Source: Gracilinanus agilis
Taxonomy: Eukaryota
DNA length: 64,000 nt
Direction: 5' to 3'
Assembly: GCF_016433145.1 (NCBI RefSeq)
Contig: NC_058133.1
Location: 212,644,132-212,708,131 of the forward strand
The number at the start of each line of letters is the position of its first letter. Position 1 is the stretch's first letter. Under the pieces are notes generated by a model. The model did no database searches. It had not been told where the DNA came from and saw only the letters and a program-made list of their open reading frames with translations. A program made the translations under genes and the position numbers. Shown here piece after piece: positions 35,411 through 49,833 of this stretch.

Positions 35411-38349
35411 TTAGGCCCCTGGCTTCTTTAGTGAGAACTAAACATGACCCTGTCATCGGATTTTGGTGGACATAGTTCTTTTGCTTAGGGAAGAATAGCG
35501 TTGTTTCCTTGATGTCAGAACAAGAAGTTATGCTTTATACTGCAATGGGAGACTTAAGTGAAACCCAAGGAAGGTCTTCGATAATGAGGTAGAGAGTTAA
35601 AGAGGGGAAGTGGTGGATTATTTTCCTGGGACAGTATTAAGAGGAGAGGATCAGCTGTCCTGGGGTTAGTAGTATTTAGAATACACTCTTCTGGGTCTAG
35701 CCCGAGGTGCTAGGCTTTCTGGATCCTCTTCTTCAGTTTGATTAAGGCAGACAGGCTCAAGAATCAAGCTAGATTTTTTTCTTTGCCCTCTTTCTGTTAC
35801 TTTTATCCACATAATCTATTATCCTTGATGAACTACCTCTACACCAAGAGAGTTCTTAGAGAATCAAAGAATTTATGGTGACCACTACAGTGCCTTACAG
35901 TCTCGTGTTTATTTGGAGCTGAGGGTTGATGGGAGGATACCACAGAATGAACTAGAAAAAAAAATTCAGGTGCTTTTGAAATCAAGATCATTCTGTTGGT
36001 GCAGATTTTTTTAAATGGAAGACACTTTAGAGATCATCTACTCAGATTCCTTTTACAGATGAGAAAACTAGGCCCAGAAAGATGAGGTGCCCTAAAAATA
36101 ACAGTACTAGAACCAAGGATAGAAATACTTGGTAAACTAAGGTCATATTTTCATTGAATAGCAAGTGTTATCAAACTTGGTATTTGTTAGTTATTTTTTC
36201 TTTTTATTAACTACAAAATTAACAGTGCTCATATACTCACTAATGCTATTTCCCTCCTTACTCTAAACCCTTAAAATCAGTTCCTAGAATTATAGTCCTT
36301 CTATTTGGCCCAGCTTCCAGACAAGTAAAAACCTGAAGTCCAGGTGATTGACACATGGATGGTTGATCAGAAAGAGAGGCTAGGAGGCCAAGGATTGAAT
36401 TGGGGGCATATAGAGACTTGTATAGAAAGAGAGGGTCATTTTAGGTCAGGAATGTCATACTGTGATGCTATCATAAATAGAATCAAGCCACATTCTGTAG
36501 TAAGTGGTGCAAGTCTTTTTACTACAGTACTGTTCCCAAAGGGTAGTTTTATGTGTTGGTTTTCGGTTGGGTCACTTTCCTTGTTCTTGAAAATTCAGAC
36601 ATTTTCAACAGAAAAGATCTCTCTCCTTCAACCTACTTCTGCTGCCATGTGAGAAATACACCTTTGGATACACCTGAAACTAATTTTTACCATGAAATAA
36701 ATGATTTTGGCTTACCCTAAATTTGCCTGGATTTCCCCTCACACCAATAAGTGTCAAGAGTAGCACTTTCTTAGGGCTTGACTACTGACCTTTTCCCCCA
36801 CTTGATGATAATTAATACTCTGTACTCTGATGTGGCTTCCACCTCTAAGTTCAAGATATTACAAGTATAGTATTTCTCACACCACCCCTGAGAGGAAGGA
36901 AGGAAGGAAAGCAGGGACTATTATTCTATTTTTTAACTAAATAATTGAGTCTCAGAAAGAAGATTTGACCCACAGAAAATTGGTAACAGCTGAAAATATT
37001 CATTTCCACTGGACCAGGCAGAAATTGAAATCATTATCTGTATTAACAGGTTTTTGCATTTAAGAGGGAAAACATAATTAATAGAGAGATTCAGGACTCA
37101 GCCTCTTATTATTCTAAAGTTTTTGTACACATTTCTAAGATCAGGAACTATAGTGGCAGGCCACCAAATTTGGAGATTACACAGCAAGAGTACAAGACAC
37201 TATATATGCCCAATATTAAAGAGTTAGTTTTTTTTGTTTGTTTTAATCCTTACTGTCTGTCTTAGTATCAATTCTAAGACAGAAAAGTGGCAGTTGAAGT
37301 TAAATGACTTGCCCAAAGTCACATAGCTAAGAACGATCTGAGGCCCAGTTTAAATCCTAGTCCTTCCAACTCTAGACCTGGGCAATCTATCCCACTTTGC
37401 TACCTAGTTGCCCCGGATTAAAGAATCTTCGAAAAGACTTCATCTCCCCACCCCAGTTTTTAGTTTCCTAGCAATAGGAGTTGAACTTTATATAATTCTT
37501 CATTACTATAAAAACAGGCCGGATCTAGAGCAAAGTTAGCTTAAACCTATATGGTAGGTTTTTCCTACTATAATTTGTTTCTCAGCAACTATTTAGAATT
37601 CCAGTAGAGATACTTTTTCTAACAGTTGTGGCCCGTATGGAGTACATACACGTTCTTGTCTCTTGTTTATTTACATTTCTTCCAGAACTCTTGATTTTAA
37701 GAAGAGTTTGAGCTGTACTTAAAAAGTATTATCAATGAGCTTTGAAAAACATAATCTTTCCCCCCCCTCAAAATAATCCAGTGAAGTAACAATTATGTCA
37801 TAATACTAGCTAGTACAAGCAAACTTGAATAATTGGGTTCATAAGAGAAGAGTCTACCTTTTTTAGTTTTTGTCATAGTGCCACTGTAAAGTGTTTTAAG
37901 GGTAAATAGTGATTGGCAGCCACACCTGGCTTAACTGCCATCACATGGAAGGAAGGGAGTAAAATTAGTTAACATGGGATTGTAATTTCAGGAATTTAAA
38001 AAAAAAGATGAACCTAATTAGGTAGATATTGATCATTAGCTATTAACAGCTTGCTCTTAAATATATTTGTGGTAGTTATTTAAAATTTTTTCAAACTTAT
38101 CTTCAGAACTGAATCTAATTAACTTAAAACTTAGTTTTGTTCAGTGTTGCTACTTTCATACAGATAACATTTTGGTTTTTTTTTTTTAATCGATGACTAG
38201 TAATATGTTTTAAATCATCCTACTATCAATTGGATTATTCAAGTTTTGGAGGATGTTTTAGGGAAGAAAGTAAAATATTTATGTGTTCTTATTTACACTT
38301 GGGAAGTGACTGGATCAATAATTGGCTAATTTTTTTCTCTTGTGTGTGA

Positions 38350-38493
<144 letters not shown>

Positions 38494-41183
38494 TAAATCC
38501 ACATTAAAAGTGCAACCAAAAGAAATATAACAATTATTCAGAGAAATAAACATGAAAATAGTTTCACTTGAAAATATCTTAAAATCCAGTTTGCTTTCTG
38601 CCTTTCTTTGTTGGCATGTAGTAGTTTGCTAATGACATTTAAACATCTAATCATTGTTTAGCTAGTATAGGACTAGACCTGATGTTTCTGGGGAATTTTT
38701 CTAATAAAAAAACTTTTTTTTTTAAACTTGGATAGCCATTTTGAGAACAGCTTTAAGAGTAATAAAGAAAATTCTTCAAAATATAAGAATTTAGGACATA
38801 CTAGAAGCTTTGAAACAATAATCTCCTGGACACATATCTAAGCCAAGCTTATTGAAAGTTGTGGTTTGTGTGTGGATAATAAACTAAATTTCTTTGGGAA
38901 AGACTGGTCTGCTTTGAGAAATAGAAGCTTACATTAAATCAGTTTTGTTATAATGAAATAAAGTTTGAACTCTTGATAATACAGGTAAAATCATATGAAG
39001 ACAAAAACACAACAGCACAGAAAAAAGGGTGGGAGGGCACCCTCTTTATAAAGGTTTTCTAAGTCACAGGCCATTTAAGATAATTCTTTCAACAGAATAT
39101 AGCATAAAGTTGGATATTGTTTAGCTCATTGTAAATGAATTTGATTTGTAATCAAAGACTTCCTTGATATAATTATTATGAGTTGATTGTATTAAGTCAG
39201 AGAGTAAGTAATAAAAGCTCAAAGGCTACTTGGTCCAGAAATTAATAGGTAAATGCAGGTTAGAAACACTATCTAGGGGCTGAGTCCCCATAGTCTTCTA
39301 GAGTTCTTATCCTTTTTTGTCCACCACCTTTCTCCCTATACCCATTCCCCTCCTTTTGGCCCCCACGTCTTCACGTGCCACTTTGGATAATGCTAATGCT
39401 CTTATGCCTTAGTTTCTATTTTCATTTCCTGTGTATATGTCATATTCCCCTATTAATATGTTCCTTTAGGGCTTATCTAAAAATTTACTATCTCCCCTGG
39501 TGTTTAGAGCACTGCTATGCACGATGAACTTTTGGTGCTCAGTACACATAAAGTGAATTTATTGAACAGAAAGTGACTGAGTGAATTGGTTGGAATAGAG
39601 CAATGTGATTTTTCGTGAAAGGGGGACCAGTTACTAGGGAAATTAAGCTAGACTAGTCTAGTGGTGGTTGCAAGAGCACTTGTGTTAGAAACTGGAATAA
39701 TAGTCATTCAAATTCCACTCTGAAGTTCCTTTCAATTAGGCAGGCAAAATTTTGTTAGAAATGAGTTGACCTTTTGTCAGTGGGACTTTTCTGTTTTTCA
39801 GCACTGGTATCAGTTTTTTGCTTCTTCCACATAGTGATGTGTTTACATTGAATCAAAGATACTGATTAGGGGACCTAATTTTTTTTAATTGTATTTATCA
39901 TTTGTTACCTATTATCTTTTCTTCATGTTATATTTTGGAGCTAGGATTTCTGATCTATTGCTTCAAGAGAAGTAGAAGCAAAACCTGAGAAGTCAACTCT
40001 TTAATTTTGTTTTTGTAGAATTTAAATCAAGGAAGCAAAGGAGAAATAATGCCATCTATTTTTTGGCTCACACATTTAATACCCAGATACTTTTGAGCCT
40101 CTTGTAGTTGTTCTTGTCACTATCTGTCTAGAGACTGAACCAGGGTTTTTTCACTTAGGCCAATACAAAAATGTTCCTAATGAGAGTCATTAAAATGAGA
40201 CAAGGAGAGAATAGATGAAATTAATAGGTAATCCAAAATTTGGACAGTATCTATTAGATTCCCCATCCTTCCCCTGACTTTTACCAGAGGTCCTAAACTG
40301 GGTCAAATTACCCAAATGCTTCTCACAGAAAAATATTTGCCACCAGAAAGGATCAAGGAGAGGAAAAACTGGAGAAGGGTGATCCTCCCATTATCATGGG
40401 AGAATTAAGAATCAACTACTTGACTTGCTTCCATTTGCAGTTCATCTTTATGTTGATTGTATAAGGAAAACTGGCCACATTAACACTTTTTGGGAGAAGG
40501 GTGATATTTAAAGGGAGAAAATATTATGGCTTTTTTCTCTTTAGGTTGCTTTCACTTCATTTTCCACTTTAAGACAGTTATATTTTTACCTTTTAGCCTG
40601 AAGATTTGTTTATTTTTGAGTACATGTATTTATATAATAGAAAGTTTGAGGATTTTATCACATTTATTTGACTTAAACATGTCTTAATAATTGAGTTAAT
40701 AGATCTGGATTTTAAAAAATGTTATTGATTTAACCTCTGTTTCAGTGTCTGGTATAGTTAGTTTCTCCATTTGCCAAATGGTTGTAGAGTGTGCTCCTCA
40801 GGCTGAGGAGTCTGTAAGCTGCTTTCCTGGATTAAATGTTATATCAGGAGAAACTTTAGCACCGGCAAAATCCTTATGTGTATTTTCTCTTGCCCCTTCT
40901 CTCTCCCATCCCCCTCTTCTCGCCTTTCAGCAATATACAATATTGCCCTATTAGTTCTAGAAGGTATTCAAAGGTAATCTGAAATTTTTGTGAGAAGAGT
41001 CAAATTGGTTTGCACAGAGCCATCCTATTTGCTAAATTTAAAAAGTGCTGCTTTTTGTAAGGGATAAATTGAGTCTTTCCCACTTGTAGCAGTTGAATAT
41101 CTTGATTATGCTCCCTTGGGCAGAGAATAATTTACCCACATAATTGCCCTCTCTTTTAAAGTATCTTTGAATATTATGGTATA

Positions 41184-41538
41184 CAGTTATGGTGAACTTA
41201 TGGCACACAAAGCACTCTCTATGGGTGAACTCAGCCACCCTCCCCACCCCCAGAATCTGTTAATAGAAAGGCAGAGGACCTCAAGGGCAAAGCTGTTCCC
41301 CCTCCCCCTCTCCACTGTGCCTAAGACATTTTTTCATATCACCCACCCCTCTGCCCAGCAGACCAATGGGAGCGCATGGGGGTAAGGTGGGCAGCTCACA
41401 GGCACCTGAGCACTTGGGCCACTCTTCCTCCCCCTCCCTACACTCACTGAGGACATTCCTCACTTCGCCCACCCCTCCATCCCTATGTGGGGTGGGAAGG
41501 GCCCTGGCACTCCATCTCTAAAAGGTTTGTCACCGCTG
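41184..41538 (-). mobile_element. hAT-type MITE, same family, both TIRs present
   Basis: cagttatggtgaacttatggcac ... aaaaggtttgtcaccgctg. Confidence 0.7.
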
Positions 41539-44500
41539 GCATATACTCTTGGCTGACTAGATACCAACAAATCTTAGTTTCTCACTGGAAAAAAAACAAG
41601 AAACTGAAGCCAAATAGTTTCTCCAAAGCTGCAAGTCTGGAGACTTCAGGGCATACTTTAACTTTATATCAGTTTTTCCTAAACCAATTTGGCCATGCAA
41701 AGCTGTAGTGCTTGAACTATATTGACAGCCAGTTCTTTTGTTTAACTCTTTTAAGCAAGCATTTGATTCTTGAGAGCTGGTTGTACAGGGCTATATGTGT
41801 CCAGAAATAACTGGCTTAAGAATAAAAGAAAATAAAATTATTTTTAAAAGAAATGAAATAAATTGACAGAACTCACAAATGTTGATATGGGGATAAAGAA
41901 TATCCTCCTGGTCTTAGGAAGTTGAGGGTAGAAAGAAAGAAGAAATTTTAAAGTATTTTCATAACAAAATTTGATAGAATAATTGTTTTTAATACATAAT
42001 TTAGAAGGAAAATTAAAAGCATCAGAATTGTAATTGAGCCCCTGTTTATGTTGTAAAGAACATCATTTAGAAAATGGTGTTTTTCTAGTTTGTGTGCATT
42101 AGATCCTGAGATTTTACTTCACATACCTTATTTGTGGTTTTTTAATATATTGTGAAATCTTGACTAGATTAAATTTATGCTAAGATAACTTACACTTATG
42201 GTGGGCTAAATTAAGCATAGTATTAATTTTTAGCTTTCCTCTACTTTTACAAGAATTCCTATCAGTGGTATATGTTATGTTGGAAAAAAAAAGAAATTTC
42301 CTTCTGGAATTGCATATGATTATTGATTTAGGGACAGAAAGTACTTGTTTTCCCTAGTGAGTGACCATAGTGTTTATTAAAATCTGTATTAGGTCTAGAA
42401 AATGTAAATTCTATGTCAATGTTAAATAAATCCATGCACAACATTGATATCCTCCTCTCTTCCCCCTACCCCCATAATCCTTTCTCTTAAGTCAAATAAT
42501 GACACATATCTAGTTCTTTAAATCTCTAAACACTTGATGTTATTTCATTTGACTCTCACAACCCTGAGATATGATGACTATTAGAGTCATAGGGTAATAA
42601 TGAATCAAAAGCTAGAGGGAATCTCAGAGGCCATCTAGTCCAGTTCCTATACTACAGATGAAGAAACTAAGGCTTAGAGAAGTTAAAGTGAATTGTTCAC
42701 AATCATTTAGCTAATAAGTCCTGAAGGTGATCGATTTGAACCCAGACCTTTTTGACTTCAGTTCCACCACTCAGTGCACCTCACACAAGGCTATTGGTTA
42801 AAAATCCACGATATATTGTGGCTCTCACTTTTTAGAGCACTATAATGAGGAATTCTGATACCCAGGACAGATATAGCTGGTCTGAGATGTGGGTTGGTAA
42901 AGAAGCAAGACCAGCATCTAAGGGGTAAAAACCATTCTTTTGTGGTTGAGGAATATTGGAGAAAAAAGGCCCTGCAAGTTGAGGAACTGGGAGACTGGAT
43001 CTTCAGATGGGACCAGGTTTAAAGTGGTGAGATCAGATATGTAGTTTATTGAAGAGGAGGAGGAAGGTCCAAAGAATAACAGCAACAAGGATCTAGAGAC
43101 ATCCTAAAGTAAACTTTGAAGGAGGAGAGATTGTCGCTCAACAGCAGTAGCAATAAAAAGAGTTTTAAGGTGGCAGTGGAGAGGAAGGAGTGTGCCCAAT
43201 CCTTCTTTGGCATGCGTGCACCCTACGTTGACTTCGGGAGAGAGCTAGGTTTCAGCAAACTCCAGAAGGTGGAATAAGTGAGAGGAAGGGATCATAGAAT
43301 CATAAATTTCCTAGAAAGGACCTTAAAGGTCATTTAGTCTAATCTCTTTATTTTTTATTAAAGAAATTGACTAAGAAAGGTGAAGTGATGATTTGCTGAA
43401 GTCACCTATAGTCTCTGGGGCACTGCAACAGGAAATTTTCTGAGGGCACAAGAGAAAGGCAAAGAAGGGGAAAGGATAATGATTAGGAGAAAACTAGGGC
43501 TGTTTAGTAAAGGCGTGGAGGAGGCCATAGAGGGGGTGTTGGTGGTGAATTGTTTTCAGTGATACTCTTCTCAGATGGTTCTGCACTCATCCTGGCTGTT
43601 ATAAGGCCCCAGGCCAGACAGTCCTTGTTTGGAAGGTGAGTGGTACAATATGCTTTTGTGAGAAAGCACTCCCAAAGGAAGCCTAAAATGGTCATAAGCC
43701 TTGGAAAGACAGTAGTCTAGTACTGAGCAACAAAAGAAATGGAAGCCTGAAGCCAGTCACTTGACTGGGACTAAGATTGCGGTAGAGGGCAAAGGAGGTA
43801 TGTTGTTGGCTTGTGATGTTGGCCTCTTCGGGCTGTACAATCACCCACCTCAATAGTTCTGACTTTTTCTTCATCAATATACTCTAGGTGCTAACACCAA
43901 AGCTTATTAATTTATTTGATTTGTATCTTTCTTCATTTTAAACCAGAAATATTCTTTACTCTGCCTTTAATCAGTCTGTGAAATATCTGAATTTTCTTAT
44001 GTAATCTTTCTCTCTGATACATAGTGATACTTCAAGATTTCTGCTTTTAAAAGGTATGAGCTGTGCTTGTTGTCACACTGTAACCTGAATGTCTATTTCT
44101 TCATCATCCGTAACTGACTTGCTGAGATCTTTCATTTTGATTTAAAACATCACAGTTTGCAAACAACCTGGGAATGAACAATGAGAGGCAAAGAAGAATA
44201 GAAGGGACTTACCTCAAGCTTCTGCCTTGCCCCTTCCTTTCCCAGTGGAGAAAAACAACTATTGATGTCACAATCTCAGCATTCTAAGGACATTCTTTCT
44301 GTGAAAAATAAAGAACAAGTAAACCAAAACTTAGGAATGGCATGATTCCAAATTTTCATGAATTTTTCACTAGTATGAACTACACCTATTTGTTGGGTTT
44401 GTTTTTTCAAACAGTTATAGTTTTAGCTAATGACTGTAACAGTGATAAGAATATGAAAAATCAGTTCTTTTAAGGCTTCTGATGGCCCTAGCCATCTCTC

Positions 44501-44940
44501 ATGACTAGCAATGAATTTGAAAACAAGAGCAAAGAAAATTGGTAAAACCAGCAAGAGTTTGGGTTTGTCTTTCTAGTGGCGAGTTTCTAAGGTTTTTACA
44601 AATAGGAATCAGTTTCTAAGAAAAGATTAATTTTTAAAAATAGAAACTATTTTAACGGATGGTCTAATTTCATTAACTCCTTATTTTCAAACTGTGGTTA
44701 TGATTCAAGTCCTTGGAGTGTTAGTAATATATATTACACCCACTCAGAATACATTAAACCATACTAAAATTTATTAGGATTTTTAGTTATCATCTGATGC
44801 CTTGTTTTTACCTCATACTCATTTCTTTGGAATATATTCATCCCATTCCATCAGGTTTCCCCTTGTAACAGAGATCAAAAAAGAAAAATAATTTAGAGAA
44901 ACCAACCCTAAAACATCAGCTACATTTGACAGTATATGTC

Positions 44941-45171
44941 CATGTTGGTGGACCTATAGCACATGTACCAAGCCTACCTGAGAGGACTGCTCCCTTCCCC
45001 CTCTCCACATGTGCCTAAGAACTTTGCTCACATGACCAGCCCCTCTGCCCACCAGCCCAGTGGTGAGAGCACTTCCTCCCTCTGGGGTAAGGCAGGGGGC
45101 TCACATGTGGCATGAGGATTGCAGTTTGGGCACTTGGACTCTTATGGTCTCTAAAAGGTTCCCCATTATTG
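44941..45171 (-). mobile_element. hAT-type MITE, same family, shorter copy
   Basis: ggtggacctatagcacatgtacca ... aaaaggttccccattattg. Confidence 0.6.
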
Positions 45172-46000
45172 ATATATGTGATATTACACATTTATAGTCT
45201 TTTACCTCTGCAGTGAAGGGAAAGAAGTTTCATTTTCTTAACTCTTCTCTGGGGCCAAGCTTAGTCCTTAATTAAATGGAGTTTTGTTTCATTTTATTGT
45301 TTTTTCACATATTTTCTGGTTTGGAAATATTCTTATATTTCTCTGAATTCTTAACATTTGTTATTTCCTATGGTGCACTAATTCCATTATCTTCACATAT
45401 CACAATGTGTTTAGTCATCCCTCAACCAGGAAGACCTACTTTGTTTCCAATTTTTTACTACAACAAAAAGTGCTGCAGTGAATATTTTGCATGCAAGACT
45501 TTCAATGTTGCAACTGATTATCACATGCTTGCTTGTTGTTAAAGGGTGAAGATGTTGCCAACATTTTTGTGCAGTTGAGAATCCCAGTTCTGAAATTGCT
45601 TCCTCCCTGCTCAGCCAGCTAGGGAGATGAGGTGGTGGTCATAGAGATAATACAATTTTAGAGTTGAAAAGGAGCATAGATATCGAATACTACATACCAT
45701 GTGTTTTTATAGATAAGGGAATTAAGACCTAGATATGTTAAATTATTTTCCCTGAGAAACACAAGTATCCCCATAAGTCATTGGATTACAGCTTTTAATT
45801 TTATATTATAGCTAAATTTCTTCCCTTTCTTCTGTAAGATTTAAATTAACATCTAATAACTCCCAAGTATTATATTTTATAAAGTTTATTAATACTCACT
45901 TGAAGTAGAAAGAAAAAATAAACTAAAAGAAATAGAAGTTCAAACCTAATTATCTAACAGAAAGTAACCACATGTGTAGTTTCTCCTGCCGCTTTCCTAG

Positions 46001-46063
46001 CTGCGATCAGAGGAAAAGAGAAAGGGGGCCGAGCAACACAAAACTTATGTCTGCCCTATGTTA
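46001..46063 (+). CDS. FAM104A: Second candidate in-frame FAM104A cassette exon (63 nt): LRSEEKRKGAEQHKTYVCPML
   Basis: tttctcctgccgctttcctAG acceptor; weaker tta|GTATGT donor; phase 0/0, open; sits in non-repeat sequence. Confidence 0.3.
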
Positions 46064-46249
46064 GTATGTAATGAATATACATAAATGGGATGCTGGGAGA
46101 GCGAGTCCCTGGGGAGCAGATCCTAATTACACATTTCCCTTGCTACTCTTACTATTTTAAAATTGTGGTCATCAGGTATGCCATTTACTAATTTAGATTA
46201 ATATACTTTGCATCAGTTAACAATTTATTTATTTATTTATTTGGTTGTT

Positions 46250-46451
46250 TTTTTAGGCCCTTACCTTCCATCTTGGAGTCAATACTGTGTATTGGCTCCA
46301 AGGCAGAAGAGTGGGTAAGGGCTAGGCAATGGGGGTCAGGTGACTTGCCCGGGGTCACACAGCTAGGAAGTATCTGAGGCCAGATTTGAACCTAGGACCC
46401 CCTCCCGTCTCTAGACCTGGCTCTCAATCCACAGAGCTACCCAGCTGCCCC
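46250..46451 (-). mobile_element. SINE-1-like element
   Basis: Full antisense consensus with a (TTTA)n tail. Confidence 0.9.
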
Positions 46452-46459
46452 CTTAACAG

Positions 46460-47460
46460 AAATTTATTAAATGAACCACTGCTATATTTGGCACTGGAGA
46501 CACAAAGAGAAACATGAAACTGTTTACACTGCATTAGTGAAAACTATGTGTACATATATGTTAAATGCAAAATAACAAGGTAATTTGGAGGTGGCATATG
46601 CCCTACCAGCTTCTTTGTATCGGGAAAGGTGGCGCTTGAGTTGCCTTTTAGAGAACATAAGGGAATCTATGAGACAGATTTAAGGAAGAAGTGCATTTGA
46701 GATAAGGAAGAGACCACTAGAGCAAAAACCAGAGATGGGAAATGAAGTACATAAGAGAAACTGTAAGAAAAGTCAGTTTGGCTGGACTCTAGTGTGCTTG
46801 GAGGAAAGTAATGTATAAATAAGCCTAGAAAGGTAAGTTGAGACCAGGTTATAGAGGGCTTTACGTGCCAAACAGAGGAGTATCTATTTGACCCCAAAAA
46901 TAATAAGGAGCCACTGAAGTGTATATAGGAGATAGTACATTATCAGACCTGCACTTCAGGAAAACTACTTTGGCAACTTTGTAGAGAGTGGGTCAAAGTG
47001 GAGAGAAGAAGACTGGATATGCAAGGATAAACTACTAGTACAGTAGTTTAGGTAACTGATGACGAAATCTTGAATTAAGGTAGTGTTGTAAATAAGATAA
47101 GTGAGGGATCCTGAGGAACTAGAAACAAAACCTGGCAGGATTGTATAGAAGTAGTAATAAGGAGTGTGGGATTCAAGATATGATACCAAAGGTTATGTAC
47201 CTTTGAGTAACTGGAAGAATGGTGTTAACAGAAATAGGGAATATGGAAGGAAATACAATAAAATTTTTGGACATGTTGAGTTTGAAATGCCTGTGAGATA
47301 TCCATTTTGGAATATCCAGTGTGCAGTTGACGATTGAGTTAGGATCAGAGCTAGGGAAACAAATGTTAGCTCAATGTATAAACCTGGGTTTTTTTGTTTT
47401 GTTTTGTTTTGGCAGTGATGATAATTAAACCTATGAAAGTTAATAAAGTCTCCAAGTGAA
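46460..47460 (-). mobile_element. L2 LINE fragment; further L2 relics at about 47770-48050, 49000-49400, 53960-54400, 63085-63420
   Basis: Antisense L2 3' end (atttattaaatgaacc...ggcactggaga) followed by the typical AG-rich antisense L2 body. Confidence 0.7.
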
Positions 47461-48059
47461 AGTATATAAGGCGCAGCTAGGTGGCTCAGTGGATTGAAAA
47501 CCAGGCCTAGAGGCAGGAGGTGTCCTGGGTTCAAATTTGACCCCAGATACTTCCTAGCTGTGTGATTCTGGGCAAGTCACTTAACCCATTTTTCCTAGCC
47601 CTTTACTGCTTTTCTGCCTTAGAACCAATACACAGTATTGATCTAAGATGGAAGGTATGGGTTTAAAATATATATAGGGAGGAGGGGAGCATATGAACCA
47701 AACCTAGAATATGCCCAGAGAGGGTGTGATTTTGAATGAAGAGCTATTAAAGGAAATTGAGGAATAGTCAGTCTGTAAGCAGGAAAGTACCTACTATGTG
47801 CTGGGCACTATGTTATGTGAGGAGGATACAAAGAAAAGCAAAAGAGTTTCTACCCTTGAACTCACAGTCTAACAGAAGAAACAACAAAGAAACAAAATAT
47901 ATAAAAATAAGACAGCAAGAGAAGTAAGAAAATACTGTGTATAGGAATCCCAGAGAGGAGAATATTTAGGAGGAGCCAGTGGCTATCAGTGTGAAATATT
48001 GAAGAGAAAGGAAGAAAAATGAGAATTGAGAAAGACTGTCAGATTTGGCAAGTAAGATA

Positions 48060-48450
48060 CTGTTAACAAAAAAAAGGAAAATGACAAATTGGAGAGGCTG
48101 CATGAAAATGGGTATGTTAACATACTGTTGGTGGAGTTGTAAACTGGTCCAGCTATTCTGGAAAGTAATTTAGAACTATACACAGAAGGTTGCTAAGTTG
48201 TATGTGTATGTTTTGACCCAGAAATGCTGCTAGTAATCTTAAAGGTCAAAGGAGAGAAAGGACCAATATATATACTAAAAAATTTGTAGTGGCAAAGAAC
48301 TAAAACTAAGGTAGGCATTGATTGGGGAATGACAGAACAAATTATGTGGATATAATAGAATAATAGTGGTAAGAAATGAAATTACTGGTTTCAGAGAAAC
48401 TTGGAAAGATATGTATGAATTGATGCAAAGTGAGCATGACCAGAACAATT
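48060..48450 (+). mobile_element. L1 ORF2 3' end fragment
   Basis: ttggagaggctg...catactgttggtggagttgtaaactggtccagctattctggaaagtaattt pattern. Confidence 0.75.
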
Positions 48451-49833
48451 TATACAACTTAGTTGTTTAGCTTTGTTTTAAACCTCCTGTCAAAGTTGGT
48501 TGAAGTCAGTTGCTTCACTTAATCCAGTTTCTGTCATTGTGTTAGAACTGAGTTCATATACAGCATGTGCCCTAAGGTTCGGAAACTATTTTCCTTCCAG
48601 TTGAAGCCTCCATGAATAAAAAAGTTCGTTTTTTTAAGGGGGGGAAGGAAGTACTGAGACAAAAAATTTTTTTTAACAAATACACCAAATATCATAAAGA
48701 CAAAACTTTGAAAGATTTAATAGAATTTCAAACAGTGTAGTGACCAATAACAATTCCAGAAAACTGATAAAGTATGCCACTTCAGTCAGGCTGAAGGTGC
48801 AGAGTGGGACACAATTTTTTTTTGGATGTGGTCTCGGTGGAAAATTGTCTTGCTTGACCATGCATATTTGTTACAGGGGTTTTGTTTTTGTTTTTCTAGT
48901 AATAATAGCATATGTGAAAAGGAGAGAAAATGAATTTTAGAAAAGAGATCATTGCTATCTTTGGAGAGGGTAATTTCAGTTAGATAAGATTGGAGGCCAG
49001 AGTGCAAGTATCATGAGAACGAATGGGTATAGGCAGCCTCTCCCTGGAGTTTAGCAATGAAGGAAAGAGATACGGAACAATAGATCATAAGGATGGTAGA
49101 ATTTGGTCAGTGTTGTTTTTTTTTTTTCCTTTAAAGGATGGAGGATACTGGCAGGTGTGTGGGAGGCAGAAAAAAAGAAATAAAGAGATAATGAAGTTTC
49201 GAGAGGAAAGGGATGATTGTGGGGGTAATCTGCTAGAAAAGATGAGGTCAAGGCTACATATAGAAAGAAGACACTTTTCTTTGAGTCTAGAGTACAGGAA
49301 GATGAAGTAAAGGAAGGTTATAAAATGTGGAGAAAAAGGAAAGAAACTCATGACTTTGATTTTTCTCAGTAAAGTAATTGGTGAGATTATGGGGTAGGAC
49401 TTACTGGTACAAGAGACTTGAGAGAAGAGAAGACATGATTTTGGAACACTGTGGAGGGGTCAAAACTTTGTCCTGTTGGGATTAGATAATAAACCAAGTC
49501 ACCATGGTTGCCCAGCTTTCTCCAGCTCCATCCAACAGCTCATGAATGAAAAAGAGGTAAGAGTAATCCATAATTGGAGTTTGGTATGGGTTGAGCTACA
49601 AAATGTCAAAGGAACAAGGAAATTGACAAGAGGTGGAAGGAGAAATGGAGTGAAGGGAAATTATAATAAGATAAAGAAATTTCAGTTTTTGATCATGAAA
49701 GTGAAACACTTATGGATCATTGTATGATTGTTGGTGTTACCATTCCTGTATGCAGCTGGAGTGAATTGTAGGCCACGAATGTTGAGTAGTTTAAGAAACT
49801 GAAAAGTTGGGATATTAGAACACATCATGTGTT

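Noticed and set aside
49023-49351. Cluster of 66-95-aa ORFs on both strands
   Set aside because: They lie in L2-derived purine/pyrimidine-biased sequence and have low-complexity translations.
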